Under the pieces are notes generated by a model. That model saw only the letters and a program-made list of their open reading frames with translations. It had not been told where the DNA came from and did not search any database. This document shows positions 1 to 12,099 of a DNA stretch of 64,000 nt, in pieces; positions within the stretch are counted from its first letter, which is position 1, and every line of letters begins with the position of its first letter. Position numbers and translations under genes: made by a program. The DNA is taken from assembly GCF_001194135.2 (NCBI RefSeq), contig NC_068989.1:28834121-28898120 (forward strand), given 5' to 3'. The stretch is from Octopus bimaculoides (lineage: Eukaryota).

Positions 1-385
1 TATACAGGCATACTATAAGACCCAAGTAAAAACATTCCCAACAATTCAACTTCTCTGGTTGACATTAACACCCCCACCCCCAATAGGGGCCTTCATTCCC
101 ACATTTTAGAGCTCCATGAGCTCCATTTTGCAGGAGCAAAATCTTTTTTACAGGTTCCAGAAGACTGAAATTTTGGAATATGCGCATAAAGATCAATAGT
201 ATGGGATACATGTCTCATGATTAGAATTTTTTTAGGGTGTGTAAAGAGGGAAAGAACCCTCATGTGCAATTTTGATGAAATTCGAATCTAGTGTATTCCA
301 GTTCCTTACAGAAAATATAACAGAAAAGTTTCATTTTTCAATTGCATGTAACACGGGCAACGCCAGGTATCTCTGCTAGTTATAT
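1..385 (-). mobile_element. Non-autonomous Helitron2-like element (ACTAG 5' end)
   Basis: The reverse complement starts ACTAGCAGAGATACCTGGCGTTGCCCGTG. The same terminus occurs at about 29270-29298 (-) and a related one at 57305 (+). Confidence 0.5.
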
Positions 386-992
386 ATAATTTGAACATTG
401 ATTTTCTTCTTACATTTCACTTTCAAAAGACATATCTATTTCCAAGCCTTTAAGCTTTTATTTTAATTCACATATTGCTCTATATTTCTCCTTTATGAGT
501 TTTCTGCTTATTTCTTTCCTTTACCCGTTTTCTTTCTGTAGGCTACCTTTGACATTATATCTTCTTACGGTTTTTAAAACAAACTTAATAGCGTTTCATT
601 CATCATTATACACATCCATCACATTCTGTTAAAATGACTTATTGATGAGTTTGGTTTCTTTATTTCTTTCCCTAATGAGAAGATTACATTGTTTTATACC
701 ATTTTATTCCAATGTTGTCTTCGAAACATATGTCGGAAGTAAAAGAATTTGAATAACACCTGCGTTTAACTCCATTTATTTATATATATATATTATACAA
801 AATATTTCACATCAACCCGGAGTTTTTACCTTTACAAACAGGGTGTTATGTCCTTATTACTTGTGTGATTTATTGCTGCCCTGGTAACTGTTTATTTACT
901 TTTTCTGTGTTAATTGTAAACAAGGGAAAAATACACTCATCCATTTATATATATATATATATATAGCTAAATAAATAAATAAATATACATAC

Positions 993-1035
<43 letters not shown>

Positions 1036-1762
1036 NNNNNNNNNNNNNNNNNNNNNNNNNNNNNNNNNNNNNNNNNNNNNNNNNNNNNNNNNNNNNNNNN
1101 NNNNNNNNNNNNNNNNNNNNNNNNNNNNNNNNNNNNNNNNNNNNNNNNNNNNNNNNNNNNNNNNNNNNNNNNNNNNNNNNNNNNNNNNNNNNNNNNNNNN
1201 NNNNNNNNNNNNNNNNNNNNNNNNNNNNNNNNNNNNNNNNNNNNNNNNNNNNNNNNNNNNNNNNNNNNNNNNNNNNNNNNNNNNNNNNNNNNNNNNNNNN
1301 NNNNNNNNNNNNNNNNNNNNNNNNNNNNNNNNNNNNNNNNNNNNNNNNNNNNNNNNNNNNNNNNNNNNNNNNNNNNNNNNNNNNNNNNNNNNNNNNNNNN
1401 NNNNNNNNNNNNNNNNNNNNNNNNNNNNNNNNNNNNNNNNNNNNNNNNNNNNNNNNNNNNNNNNNNNNNNNNNNNNNNNNNNNNNNNNNNNNNNNNNNNN
1501 NNNNNNNNNNNNNNNNNNNNNNNNNNNNNNNNNNNNNNNNNNNNNNNNNNNNNNNNNNNNNNNNNNNNNNNNNNNNNNNNNNNNNNNNNNNNNNNNNNNN
1601 NNNNNNNNNNNNNNNNNNNNNNNNNNNNNNNNNNNNNNNNNNNNNNNNNNNNNNNNNNNNNNNNNNNNNNNNNNNNNNNNNNNNNNNNNNNNNNNNNNNN
1701 NNNNNNNNNNNNNNNNNNNNNNNNNNNNNNNNNNNNNNNNNNNNNNNNNNNNNNNNNNNNNN

Positions 1763-1802
<40 letters not shown>

Positions 1803-1859
1803 TATATATTATTTATTATATATGTTTGTTTTTATGTCTTTATGGCAAATTACAATAAA

Positions 1860-2140
1860 AACAAAAGTGGTGCTGACACTGACTTTGAAGTTTTACTGTA
1901 CCAGGCTCTGATTGTCTGTTTTGGCATGGTTTTTATGGCTAGATGTCCTTTCTAACACTAATCATTTTACAGAGTGCACTCGGTGCTTTTTACATGGCTC
2001 TCGTATCAGTACTTTATACATGGCACCAGCATGGGTGCTTTTTTATGCGGCATGAGTATTTTTTACATTGCACCAGAGCCTGTGAGCTTGCAACACAAGG
2101 ATCTCTCAGCTGAGAGAGGGAGTGGAATTGAGAGATTAGA
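1860..2140 (-). mobile_element. Degenerate RTE-LINE 3' tail fragment
   Basis: GGTGCTTTTTAC / GGCACCAGCATGGG motifs shared with the RTE tails at 6.2, 60.7 and 63.6 kb. Confidence 0.55.
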
Positions 2141-2289
2141 ATATGATAGAGGGACACAGGTAGCCCTCTTACTATCGAGGAAATACTTAGCTACCTCAGT
2201 AGGACAAGGAAGGAGAGAAAGGTATGTACGAGGGGACACCAAAAAAAAAAAAAAACTGGAATTTTGCAATATTATTTTATTCACTTAGT

Positions 2290-2740
2290 TTTACATGTTT
2301 ATACTTTTATTGTCTTCAAAGTATTCTCCATTTAAAGCAATGCATCAGTCCAGATAGGTTTTCCACTGTTTGGAGCAGTCCTGGAACTCTTGCAAAGTGA
2401 TGCCTTTTAATGCCTCAGTCATTTTTTCTTCACCTCTTCCACATCCACAAAACGTTTTCTTTTAAGGACATTTTTCATTTGGGGCAAGAAATCTGACTGT
2501 ACTATGTTTACATCACCATAAAGATTCTTAACAAAACAATTGTAACAATATCAGAAACCCATTTGTCTGTATTTATGTTATGTTTTTATACCATGCTTAA
2601 GGCTCCATTCACCATTGGGTACTTTTAGATACTACTGGAGTTGTGAATTACCTAACAACAATGAACTTCTCTTCATCAATGCATTCTATGCTATGATAAT
2701 GGATTAATTGTCTGTTTTGCATCATTCTGTGTAGCCAGTT
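2290..2740 (-). mobile_element. mariner transposase C-terminal remnant
   Basis: Minus strand reads ...KRKRF.DVEEVKKKMTEALKGITLQEFQDCSKQWKTYLD*CIALNGEYFE, the typical mariner C-terminus. Confidence 0.7.
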
Positions 2741-2779
2741 TATAGCATGTTTCACTTTGATATGCCTTGATCCTTTATG

Positions 2780-2844
2780 GATCTCCTGTAGTCAAAACTA
2801 TATACACACACACACACACACGCACACACACACACACACGCATG

Positions 2845-2888
<44 letters not shown>

Positions 2889-3045
2889 AGGCATCTTTCA
2901 GTTTCCATTTATCAAATCTGTTCACAAAGGCTTTGGTTGTCCAAGGAGAAGACACTTGTCCAATGTGCTGTGTAGTGGGACTGAACCTGAGACTGCATGG
3001 GTGGAAAGCATGTTTTTAACCACTCAGCCATACCTGCACCTATGT
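2780..3045 (-). mobile_element. tRNA-derived SINE (octopus-type), head part with internal (CA)n
   Basis: CAAAGGCTTTGGT...GAAGACACTTG.CCAA.GTG...GTGGGACTGAACC motif, recurring at 24.8, 37.1 and 53.6 kb. Confidence 0.75.
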
Positions 3046-3438
3046 GATGTACACAATAAAAGGGATTCTTGAGAGCTAGCATTATTCTATGTCTATTGTA
3101 TGGCAGTAAACAATGTCACTTTTACTTACTATAACCACTACTCAATCTGGGTGTCAACAATATCAACAATATCCAAGCCATGTATGAAACACTACTCTTT
3201 GTCAATCCATGGTGACCCTATGCTATAGGGAGAAGGGAGAAAGCATTTTTCTTTCTTTCTCTTTCAAATGAAAGGTCAGTTTCAAAACATTAGATTTCAC
3301 TCTTTCCCATGGTATATCAATTTATCCAAACTCATGAACTTAGCTTTACAGTTTTTGCTGATGCACACAATCAACAATTTCCTTGTAATGTTTTTATTGT
3401 TTTCTCCTTTTTTTGCTGTTGTTTTGCCAATCTATATA

Positions 3439-3989
3439 CAGTAATATCGCACTTTACAAGGGCCCACTTTACGAGACCCTCGGTTTATCAGTTTTATTTT
3501 ATAATAAATATAAATCTTGAACAAAGTGCAAAAGTTTCTACTATCATAACAAATGCTTCTGTGTGTTACCGAGAAATTTATAGAGAGCGAAAGAATGCTT
3601 CTTCTAAGCAAACAACACTAGATCTGTTTTTAAAAAGAAATCTACAAACCTGTCTATAAGTGCTTGTGAATCGGTGATTGTGTCTACAAGTGATGGTGTG
3701 CGCAAGTCTAGTGTGAGTGAAAGTAATTCAGAAAACGATTATAATAATAATATTTTTTATTATAAATGATCTTGACATTCTTTTTTACATGAAATATTCT
3801 TTACATTCTACTGTTGTTTTATTGCCATCTATTTACGCGTATTATAAATTTTATAGGTAACATATTTTTCAGGGAACGAATTATGATTTATAACATTGCT
3901 ACTATGGGAAGCTATTGCTTTGCTTCACAAGTTTCCACTTTATGAGTGGTCTCTGGGAACAAATTAACTTGTATATCGAGGTATTACTG
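3439..3989 (+). mobile_element. Tigger/pogo-like internally deleted element
   Basis: Imperfect TIRs CAGTAATATCGCACTTTACAAG / CTTGTATATCGAGGTATTACTG with TA on both sides. Carries a Tigger-type C-terminal remnant CYREIYRERKNASSKQTTLDLF. Confidence 0.8.
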
Positions 3990-4379
3990 TACATGAAAGT
4001 CATTAAAAAATCACAGCAGCTGACCACAATGTATGACAAGTGTCAGACACCTTAAAGTAAAGTCCACTATAAAGAGTGTGTTGTAAGAAAGCTTGTTTTC
4101 TTTTTTTCAAATTGTAGATGTTTGTGTTAAATCTATTTCTATATCCTACTGAAACCCTATAAAATTGTCAACATCAATAATTGGTAATATGACAGCAAGA
4201 ATTACATATCTGTTTAGGAAACACAAGAGTTTCTACCGTTTCATGTTAATCAGAACATAATTTGTTATACTATAAACTTGTGGTTATTTTGATTTTAAAA
4301 ATTATTTTGTGAATACAATTTTCACACTAAAGAATTCTGTTCCTCTTCACTAGCTCATTACAAGACATCTATTTTCGGT

Positions 4380-6100
4380 TATTTATAAAGAGGATTTGTA
4401 AAACTGCAACAAGGTCACAAATTCATGGACAAGTAGTTCAGTTAACTGTACACCACCAGTAAGTCACTGCTTGCTTGTTTTATTGACCTGAGAAAGATGA
4501 ACTTCAAAGTCATCATCCTCACTAGGAGCATAAAAACCACATCTCCTACAAGCTGGAGCCGCAGAAGGAATCACTGCAGAAATACAATTTGGTTTGCCAT
4601 CCCACCACTCCCTTAACACATGTAGGTAGACTTTTCCTTAAATTAATAGACAAGCATTTCACTAGCTCCCATAGTTACGAGCCCATCTTCAACAGATAGA
4701 ATGTTAGGGTCTCGTTTAGCTGCATCCCCAACATTAAGAGCACCCCTAGTTAGCACCCCTAAGGAATAGGAAGGGGAAGGTTGTTCATGCAGGAACCGCA
4801 GCAGTTACCCAGTAGGTTCTTGCAAGTCATGCCATTGCCACTAGCAGAAGCAATAGCAGCTGTAGAGTCAGCAGTGCCACCACCATTGCTACCACTGTTA
4901 CAATGGATGACGGCATCACTAACAAGAACAACAGTGGCATCGCCAACAGCGGCGGTATTGCCATTAACACCAGCCTTACTAATAGCTTCCCTGACGTCCA
5001 TGGTGCCAGACCTGACAACATCCACATTGGCAGACTTGATAGCCACTATAGCAGCAGCAACAGGTCCAGTACCATCACCAGCTACAGCGGCAACAACAGC
5101 AGCAGCAACATTATTAACATCAACAGTGCCTTCTCCATAACCGACAGTGGTAATAACATTACCGACACCAACCACCATCTTCACCATTGCCAGCACCAGC
5201 AACCCCAGCTCCAACAACACCAGCAGCCCCGGCTCCAACAACAACAACAATGTCAGCAGCAAAAACAACCGCAGTAATAACAGCAACAACAGGTCAAGCA
5301 ACACATGCAGGGGCAAAAATATCACCTACACCACCACCAACCCTAGCAACGCCAACACCAACACCCTCAACTCCATCAACTCAGCACCACCAGCGCCAAC
5401 AGCAGCAACACCAACACCTACTACAGCAACAGGTGCAACACAGACAGCACGCGCTCATAGAAATACGTGGGATGTACTGGGAATTCTTTCAAGCAACGTC
5501 TTTCCAATCATTTGTCCTCCTTCAGAGTCCCAGAAAGGAGATACCTAACATCACTAGCCAGTCACATCTGGCAACTAGGAAATGATGGGATACCATACTT
5601 GATCTCATGGGAAATCCTTGTAAATCCAGGCCCCTACATCAACAGGATGAAACATTGCAAGTTATGCATGGCTGAATACACGAGAATCAAGAAAGACATG
5701 CTTGTACCAGAGGGTATCCTTAACTCCAGAACAGAGATTTTCAGACCATCTTTGCATTTTAGAAGATTCCTGCTAGTGTTTTGGAATCCGCAAGGTGACA
5801 GCACAGCTTGAAGCCAATAGCAAAGGCCGAAGACAGACAATTATTTACTTTCATGATTTTTGGTGACTGCAAGATGGCAGCACGGCCAGGATTCAATAGC
5901 CAATAGCAAAGGGAGATAATCACCTATTGTTTACTTTTAGCAAGGGATTTTCCCCTTCATATTTTGATGAGGCCTTAGGCCAACAGGTTTGGGGTCTGAC
6001 GATATGCTGTAAGGCCAAACCCCTTATGGACGAGAAACCCAGGGTAACCCCATAGACCAACCTTCCACATTATAATATAAACCACTCTATATCTTAGAGT
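4380..6100 (+). mobile_element. 5'-truncated Penelope-like retroelement (C-terminal GIY-YIG), degenerate
   Basis: Frameshifted RNTIWF...THVGRLFLKLIDKHFTSSHSYEPIFNR*NVRVSFSCIPNIKS linker, then a GCSCRNRSSYPVGSC motif. From 5461 it reads KYVGCTGNSFKQRLSNHLSSF...SHIW...SWEIL...CKLCMAE...LNSRTEIF...H (GIY-YIG). Followed by a (TA)n tract. Confidence 0.9.
5986..6058 (+). ncRNA. Type I hammerhead ribozyme-like fold in the Penelope 3' region
   Basis: Stem I GGGGT(5991-5995)/ACCCC(6047-6051), core CTGACGA (5996-6002), stem-loop II TGTAAGG-CCAAACC-CCTTATG, GAAA (6034-6037), short stem III ACC-CAG-GGT, cleavage triplet GTA (6044-6046). The base of stem II is mismatched. Confidence 0.7.
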
Positions 6101-6132
6101 GCTTCTTCTCTGGATTTATGTTTTTCTACAAA

Positions 6133-6211
<79 letters not shown>

Positions 6212-6214
<3 letters not shown>

Positions 6215-7085
6215 TCATCATCATCATCGTTTAACGTCCACTTTCCATGCTAGCATGGGTTGGACGATTTGACTGAGAACTGGCGAACCAGATGGCTACA
6301 CCAGGCTCCAATCTGATCTGGCAGAGTTTCTACAGCGATACTGGCAATGACCTCGCTCAAGTGTTTTTTCACGTGCCACCGGCATAAGTGCCAGTAAGGC
6401 GATGCTGGTAATGATCACGCTCAAATGGTGCTATTTACATGCCACTAGCACGGAAGCCAGACAGCTGCTCTGGCAATGATCACGCTCAGACGGTGCTGTT
6501 AGCGCTCCACTGGTACGGGTGCCAGTCATCGAATTTGGTTCAATTTCACTTGCCCCAACAGGTTTTCACAAGCAGAGGTTAGTGTCCAATGAAGGAAAGG
6601 TTGGCATAGGAGTTGTCAAATTTGGTTCGATTTCGATTTCACTTGCCTCAACAAGTCTTTGCAAGCAGAGTTTAGTGTCCAATGAAGTAAAGGTATGAAT
6701 AAGTGGGCTGGCTACACCCATGGCAGAGGCCACATATTATGGTCTCACTTGGCTTGCCGGGTCTTCTCACACACAGCATATTTCCAAAGGTCTCGTTCAC
6801 TAGTCATTGCCTTGGTAAGGCCTAATGTTCGAAGGTCGTGCGTCACCACCTCATCCCAGGTCTTCCTGGGTCTACCTCTTCCACAGGTTCCCTCAACCAC
6901 TAGGTTGTGGCACTTTATTACACAGCTATCCTCATCCATTCTCGCCACCTGACCATACCAGCGCAATCGTCTCTCTTGCACACCACAACTGATGCTTCTT
7001 AGGTTCAACTTTTCTCTCGAGGTACTTACACTCTGTCGAGTATGCACACTGACATTACGCATCCATCAGAGCATACTAGCTTCAT
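6212..7085 (-). mobile_element. RTE-clade LINE 3' end (RT C-terminus, 3' UTR and (GAT)n tail)
   Basis: ORF 6745-7062 QERRLRWYGQVARMDEDSCV..C..L.VEGTCGRGRPRKTWDEVV is an RTE C-terminal signature. The tail appears as (ATC)n at 6212-6228. Confidence 0.9.
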
Positions 7086-7224
7086 ATATATATAGATATA
7101 TATATATATATCACTGGTGGTGCCACAGCATGGCTGCAGCCTCAATGCTGAAACATATAAAAGAATAAAAGAATAAATGTGAAACAAGGTGGGAAAAAAA
7201 TAGTACTTGAATACCAGAGGTAGA

Positions 7225-7370
7225 GTAATATGCTTTATTATTATTAAAGCTGCAAAAACATCACAAAAATATCACAAAAAACTGCTACTCAGAGTTTCAC
7301 ATTCCTATTTGTCAGACACTTTAGATTGAGAATCTTGTGATGTTTTTAAAGCTTTAATAATAATAAAGAA
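7225..7370 (-). mobile_element. Short inverted-repeat element carrying a minimal hammerhead-like core (Penelope-end derived)
   Basis: Arms CTTTATTATTATTAAAGCTGCAAAAACATCACAA / TTGTGATGTTTTTAAAGCTTTAATAATAATAAAG. The minus strand between them reads AAAGTGT-CTGACAA-ATAGGAATGT-GAAAC-TCTGA-GTA-GCAGTTT. Confidence 0.6.
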
Positions 7371-7378
7371 TATATATA

Positions 7379-7677
7379 TAGTCACCAGTAATGAATCACA
7401 CAAAAGATGAATGGTAATCAATTATAGACAGACAATCAATCAATGCTTACATAGTACCACACAGTGATGAACTGGCTGAGAAAATATCTCACGAGATATT
7501 CACCACTTTTGATCTTAAGAGTGCTTATCATGAGATTCCTATATGCAAAGATGAGAAAAAATTTACAGCATTCAAAGCATGTGGGAACTTGTATCAATTC
7601 CATCATATACTGTTCAGAGTCACATAGNNNNNNNNNNAACTTGTATCAATTCCATCATATACTGTTCAGAGTCACAT
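7379..7677 (+). repeat. Inverted copy of a Gypsy RT segment (source 13563-13811)
   Basis: Near-identical to the reverse complement of 13563-13811. ORF-track entries 7464-7679 and 13553-13747 are almost the same peptide. Confidence 0.9.
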
Positions 7678-8200
7678 AGAAAGGTGTGCGAAGAATCTTA
7701 ATTCTAATTTTCCCTTCTACCAATGTTCATAGAACACCTCAATACAACACAGAATGAATAAAGAGGCAACTTTCATCAAGAAATATCTTCCACAACTAAA
7801 TATGAACACATAACATAATACAGAACACTACTAACGTTTCAATTAATACCATTAACCCCCATACATCCCATACACCATTCACATTACAGATCTAGATCTA
7901 CCCTAATTGCACCAAATCCAGAACTACTTACCTCTCTTACACATAATCTTTTTACTCGGTGTGCATCCAAAGCAATGATTAGTAACATTACGAAACCGGT
8001 ATGCTTTTGAATCTCTTTAACAATTCACAATAATGACTCTTATTACTTTTATTCCTACCTCAGTTCCTCTAATTGTATGTATCTATCATTACTCTTCATA
8101 AAAAGCCTTTACTTTTTTTAATTTCCAATGTGTATTTTCGCTTATTTTTCTTTTTACTTTCCCCTTACATTTCCACGTGTAGTTTCTATTTTGTTTTCAT
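7678..8200 (+). mobile_element. Penelope-like GIY-YIG C-terminus and 3' UTR fragment
   Basis: Reads NFPFYQCS*NTSIQHRMNKEATFIKKYLPQLNMNT*, the usual E..FI.K..P.LN end of Penelope endonucleases. Confidence 0.65.
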
Positions 8201-9686
8201 AACATATTTCTATTATATATATATAAATATATATAATACACACACACACACATTCCTGTATACGCAAGTACAGGGTAAGTTAACCTGACAAAACCCTTCT
8301 CTTTCCAAACAACATCCACAATGAGATTGCTGCTACTGTTTAGCTCCAGGTCAACATTGATCAAGTAGCACATCCACACTCAGAGGTTTACCATTCACCA
8401 TAATTTCATGTTTTAGTCAGACATAGTGTAGCTAGAACTGCGTCCTTCCTTTTTTAAAACAGTTAACTTTTAGAGAGATTTGGTATATATCTTTTGAAGG
8501 TTAGGTGTCAACCAAATAGGAAATCTCTTATTGGTTTGACTCAAAATCAGTGCTGAACTGTGTTGCAGTACTAACTGACTATTTGTCTATTTTTCAGCAC
8601 TGCTACTGTTTCTAGTGGTGAGTTGTTGTTCCACTAATATTTCAGCTATTGGGGATTCATTCATGTGCACACTTAGTTTAATCAAGTAGGGAGTCATAAG
8701 AGTAGCTTATATTTAGATAATCATTTACGTCTAAAATGAAATTAAATGTTTTAAAGTGTGAATATTTACACAACTCTGTTTCACACTTGCACATAAAAAT
8801 TCTTAACCTAATTTCTGAGGATATTATGTCTATTAAACAGGTCATTGTTCAAATTATATGTAAATCTATGTTAATCCATTGTGTAGCTTTGATTGCATTG
8901 ATCAGTCTCAATTGATATTAAGGTATATATCTATTGTTGGTAGAGAGATTAATTGCATGTTGATTTAATCTAATCATAGCACAGAGAAAGGAGAGGAGTA
9001 GGAGAGGAAAGAGAGAGATCGTTAACATACTTTTGACAAAGAATATTAGGATAAATTCTCTAAAATATCTTGTTCATTGTTAAATACTAATTGGATGGTT
9101 TGGGAATGTTTTCTAGTCTACTTGAAGATTTTGTAGATTAGAGTGCTCTCTGATAATTTAGATAAGATAACCAAACTTGATCCCTGAGAGAAAATAAAAA
9201 CCATTATTGCTCGGAGGAGATGTGCTTTGTAATCATAAAGTTTTGAGTTTGGTCCCTTTCTGTGGCACCTTGAGTAATTATCTTCTACTCAGGTTAGCCT
9301 AAACCTTATTAAGCAAAACTGAGTTGATGGAAACTGTACTGAAGAACATTAGCTGTACTGTGCCTACATGCTCTTGTGTTGAATGGCAGACTTAATCCAT
9401 TCCATGGTTTAACATCATTACAAGGCCTATAGTTGCTTTTAGTAGAGTCTATCCTATTTTAAGCACTTAGATATATCTTTACGCACTGCTTCCCACTGAT
9501 GTAATCAATGTATACTGCTATCTTTCTCCCTTTCAGATGTTTTGCAAAGGTAATGGATACCACACTTTCTCTTCTGCTTAAGTTATACTGCATACATTTT
9601 AGCAATTACTTGCCCCCCCAAAAAGGTGGGTAAGAGACATCAATAAAATAAGCACTATTTGAATGTAGAGTGATCAATGTATGGAG

Positions 9687-10373
9687 CAGTGGCAGCTCAT
9701 GTATAGGAGCTGTGAAACTGCAGCACCCCTATTTCCATTTGATATTATTGATAACATTCAATATAATGAGTCCTTTTTTCATTCTTTCTTTATGCTTGTA
9801 CATTATATAATCCTTAAGCTTAATGTTAGTAGCCATCCCTTAGTTTATGAAAAAAATACAAAAATCCTTGTATAGAACTGTGCACTTCACAATTCCAGCA
9901 CTGCAGTGTTTGGCTGTTGTGCACATGCTCACATGTCCGTGATAGGAAGCTTCACACTAGGGAGAGAGAGCACTGCATGAACAACAGTGCCAGGTGAAAA
10001 GTAGTGTTTCTTTTTGACTCTGAGTGTGTTGTGCTTAAAAATGTGTTTATATTCTCGAATGTGATAAAGTGTAGAATTAGATTATTATCCTGCTTCCAGC
10101 TTCAGTGTTGCTGCCAGGATTTGAAAAATGGGGCACATTTCCCCACCTTATTTTGTGATTTAATGGGGATTTTTGAAAAACAAGGGGGAATTCATGGCGG
10201 TCTTCAGTGAACAAATTAAACACACTACCCAGCAGTGGGCTAAAACATGAACTGATCAAGTTTATGTATAAATTTTCTTTTTATATGTTTGTTTTCTTTT
10301 ACACAATATTAAAACAATGGCTAAAAATTTTCTGAAGCAGCACCCCACTAATTTTATCTATGAGCTGCCACTG
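9687..10373. mobile_element. Non-autonomous hAT-type DNA transposon
   Basis: 14-bp TIRs CAGTGGCAGCTCAT / ATGAGCTGCCACTG and a perfect 8-bp TSD GTATGGAG (9679-9686 and 10374-10381). Confidence 0.9.
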
Positions 10374-10899
10374 GTATGGAGTGATGACTTCCTTTGCACT
10401 GTGTAACCTAAGTGCTGATGTGTTTAGCCCTTACACTTGTTGATCTGATTGACAAGAATGAGACAAGTCTGCATTAAATTGACTTTTTAATATATTGATA
10501 TTACAAAGATATATAAGACTCAGGTATAAATGTGTGATTCAGATGTTTGCTTTGCAACCAGTTGGTTTTGGCTTCCAATTTGCGATATCTTGGGTAAGTG
10601 TCTTCTACTATATCCTCAAGCTGATCAATACCTTGTGAGTGAATTTGATAGATAGAAACTGTGCAAGCATACATATGTGTATGTGTGCATGTGCTTCTTA
10701 CTGTTTAACAATTGGTGTTGGAGTATATGCTCGGAGATAGGATGCAACCTTAGTTTGGGGTTGTCAAAGTAGGTATTTATGTTGACTTACAGATAGGTCA
10801 CACTATAATCTGGGGAGTTACATACATAGACCTTTATAACATAAATATAATTAATATTTGTTAAATATTATCAAATATTCACCTTTATTTCAAAACTTT

Positions 10900-12090
10900 G
10901 CTTACAAGTATTAAAACATTTTTGTGGCAGTAACTTTATGAAAGTGGTTTAAGTGACAAATCAATTTGATAAAAAAATCAATAAGTATCAACTTGACAAG
11001 AAAAACATCTAGAATTACAAACAGAACAGAAAAAATTGTTATATAAGAAAAGTGTTTATTAATTTAGATATAGTTATTAAACTTCATCAGGATTGAAACC
11101 CTAAAATTCTTCTTTGTCATCATTACTGTTAAACATTCTTTTCATTTGTTCATCAGTTATTGTGGCCATGTCATAGTAGTCATTCAGCTCATCATCAGTT
11201 ATGGTATGTTCATCTCTATCTTCATTCTCTGTTTTTTCTGTACTTGAACCAACCAAACCATCATCCATCACATCGTCTTCAGTGCCATCCATAGCATTTG
11301 AGATACCACATTTTTTTAAGGACTTGCTAATTAGTTGCTCAGGAATACTGTCCCAAGTTTTCTTCTCTCATTCTACTACTAACATCAATCCAGGTCTTTT
11401 CAATGACCCACGTTTAGTAAATTCCTTTTCACCAGATATCATCCAAGATGTGCTCAATTTTCAAATGTAAGTCTTGAAAGGCTTATTTACTAAGACATCA
11501 AGTGGTTGCAAAAGAGAAGTGCAACCACCAGGAATGACAGCTTGCCTTATTTGGTATTACTTCAACTTAGCCTTCACAAACTCACAGCAACGTGAGTTAA
11601 ACATGTCCCATACTGGAAGACTTTTGGTTCTGAGCAAGGCCCCTAGTCTTTTCATCCAACTAAACATTTGTTAAGTTTTCATCTATCCATCCCTTAGGAT
11701 GTACTTTCACAATAATATCTGGTGGAAAGGAATCCTTTGGCATATTCTTCCTTTTGAAGATAACCATTGGACAAAGCTTTTTTTCAACAGCTTGACAGGC
11801 TAGCACTATAGTGAAATGTTGTTTCTCATGCCATGTAGTTTTTACTGTAACAGTTTTGTTTCTCACTCTGTCAACAGTAGTGTTTCTTGGCATATCGAAA
11901 TACATGCTCATTTTACCCATGTTTCCAATATTTTCTAGGAAGAACTCAAACATTTTATGCTCCTTTAGAACAAACTTTGCAAAATTACAAATAGTTTCAT
12001 GAATGCCTTTAGGCAGTTTTTGAGTAATATAAGTTTTTTGGTGTGGTGTCAATCCACATCTATTCATAAATCTGGTATGCCACCCTGCTG
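10900..12090 (-). mobile_element. pogo/Tigger (DDE_1) transposase relic
   Basis: ORF 11660-12067 NIGNM...MYFDMPRNTTVD...KTV.VKTT.HEKQHFT.VLAC.A...KL.PMVIFKRK..PK..FP..I.V.VHPKGW.DE, plus an acidic C-terminal tail at 11101-11292. Confidence 0.85.
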
Positions 12091-12099
12091 AGAATTAAT

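Noticed and set aside
4759-5585. Overlapping 120-190 aa Ala/Thr/Asn/Gln-rich ORFs resembling mucin or membrane proteins
   Set aside because: They are by-products of the stop-poor trinucleotide tract inside the Penelope relic, open in several frames on both strands, with no splice or domain support.
5850-5900. SECIS-like fold (ATGA...AA...GA) in the Penelope 3' UTR
   Set aside because: Helix II pairs poorly near the core, and no in-frame TGA occupies a conserved Cys position in the adjacent endonuclease. The known selenoprotein PLEs have an N-terminal endonuclease, unlike this one.
7588-7677. 40-bp direct repeat flanking a 10-N gap
   Set aside because: Typical unmerged contig overlap, an assembly artefact.
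8598-8617. Micro-exon-like TTTTCAG|20 nt|GTGAGT; also a 13-nt candidate at 9537-9549
   Set aside because: Not frame-preserving, no recognisable peptide, and expected by chance in AT-rich DNA.
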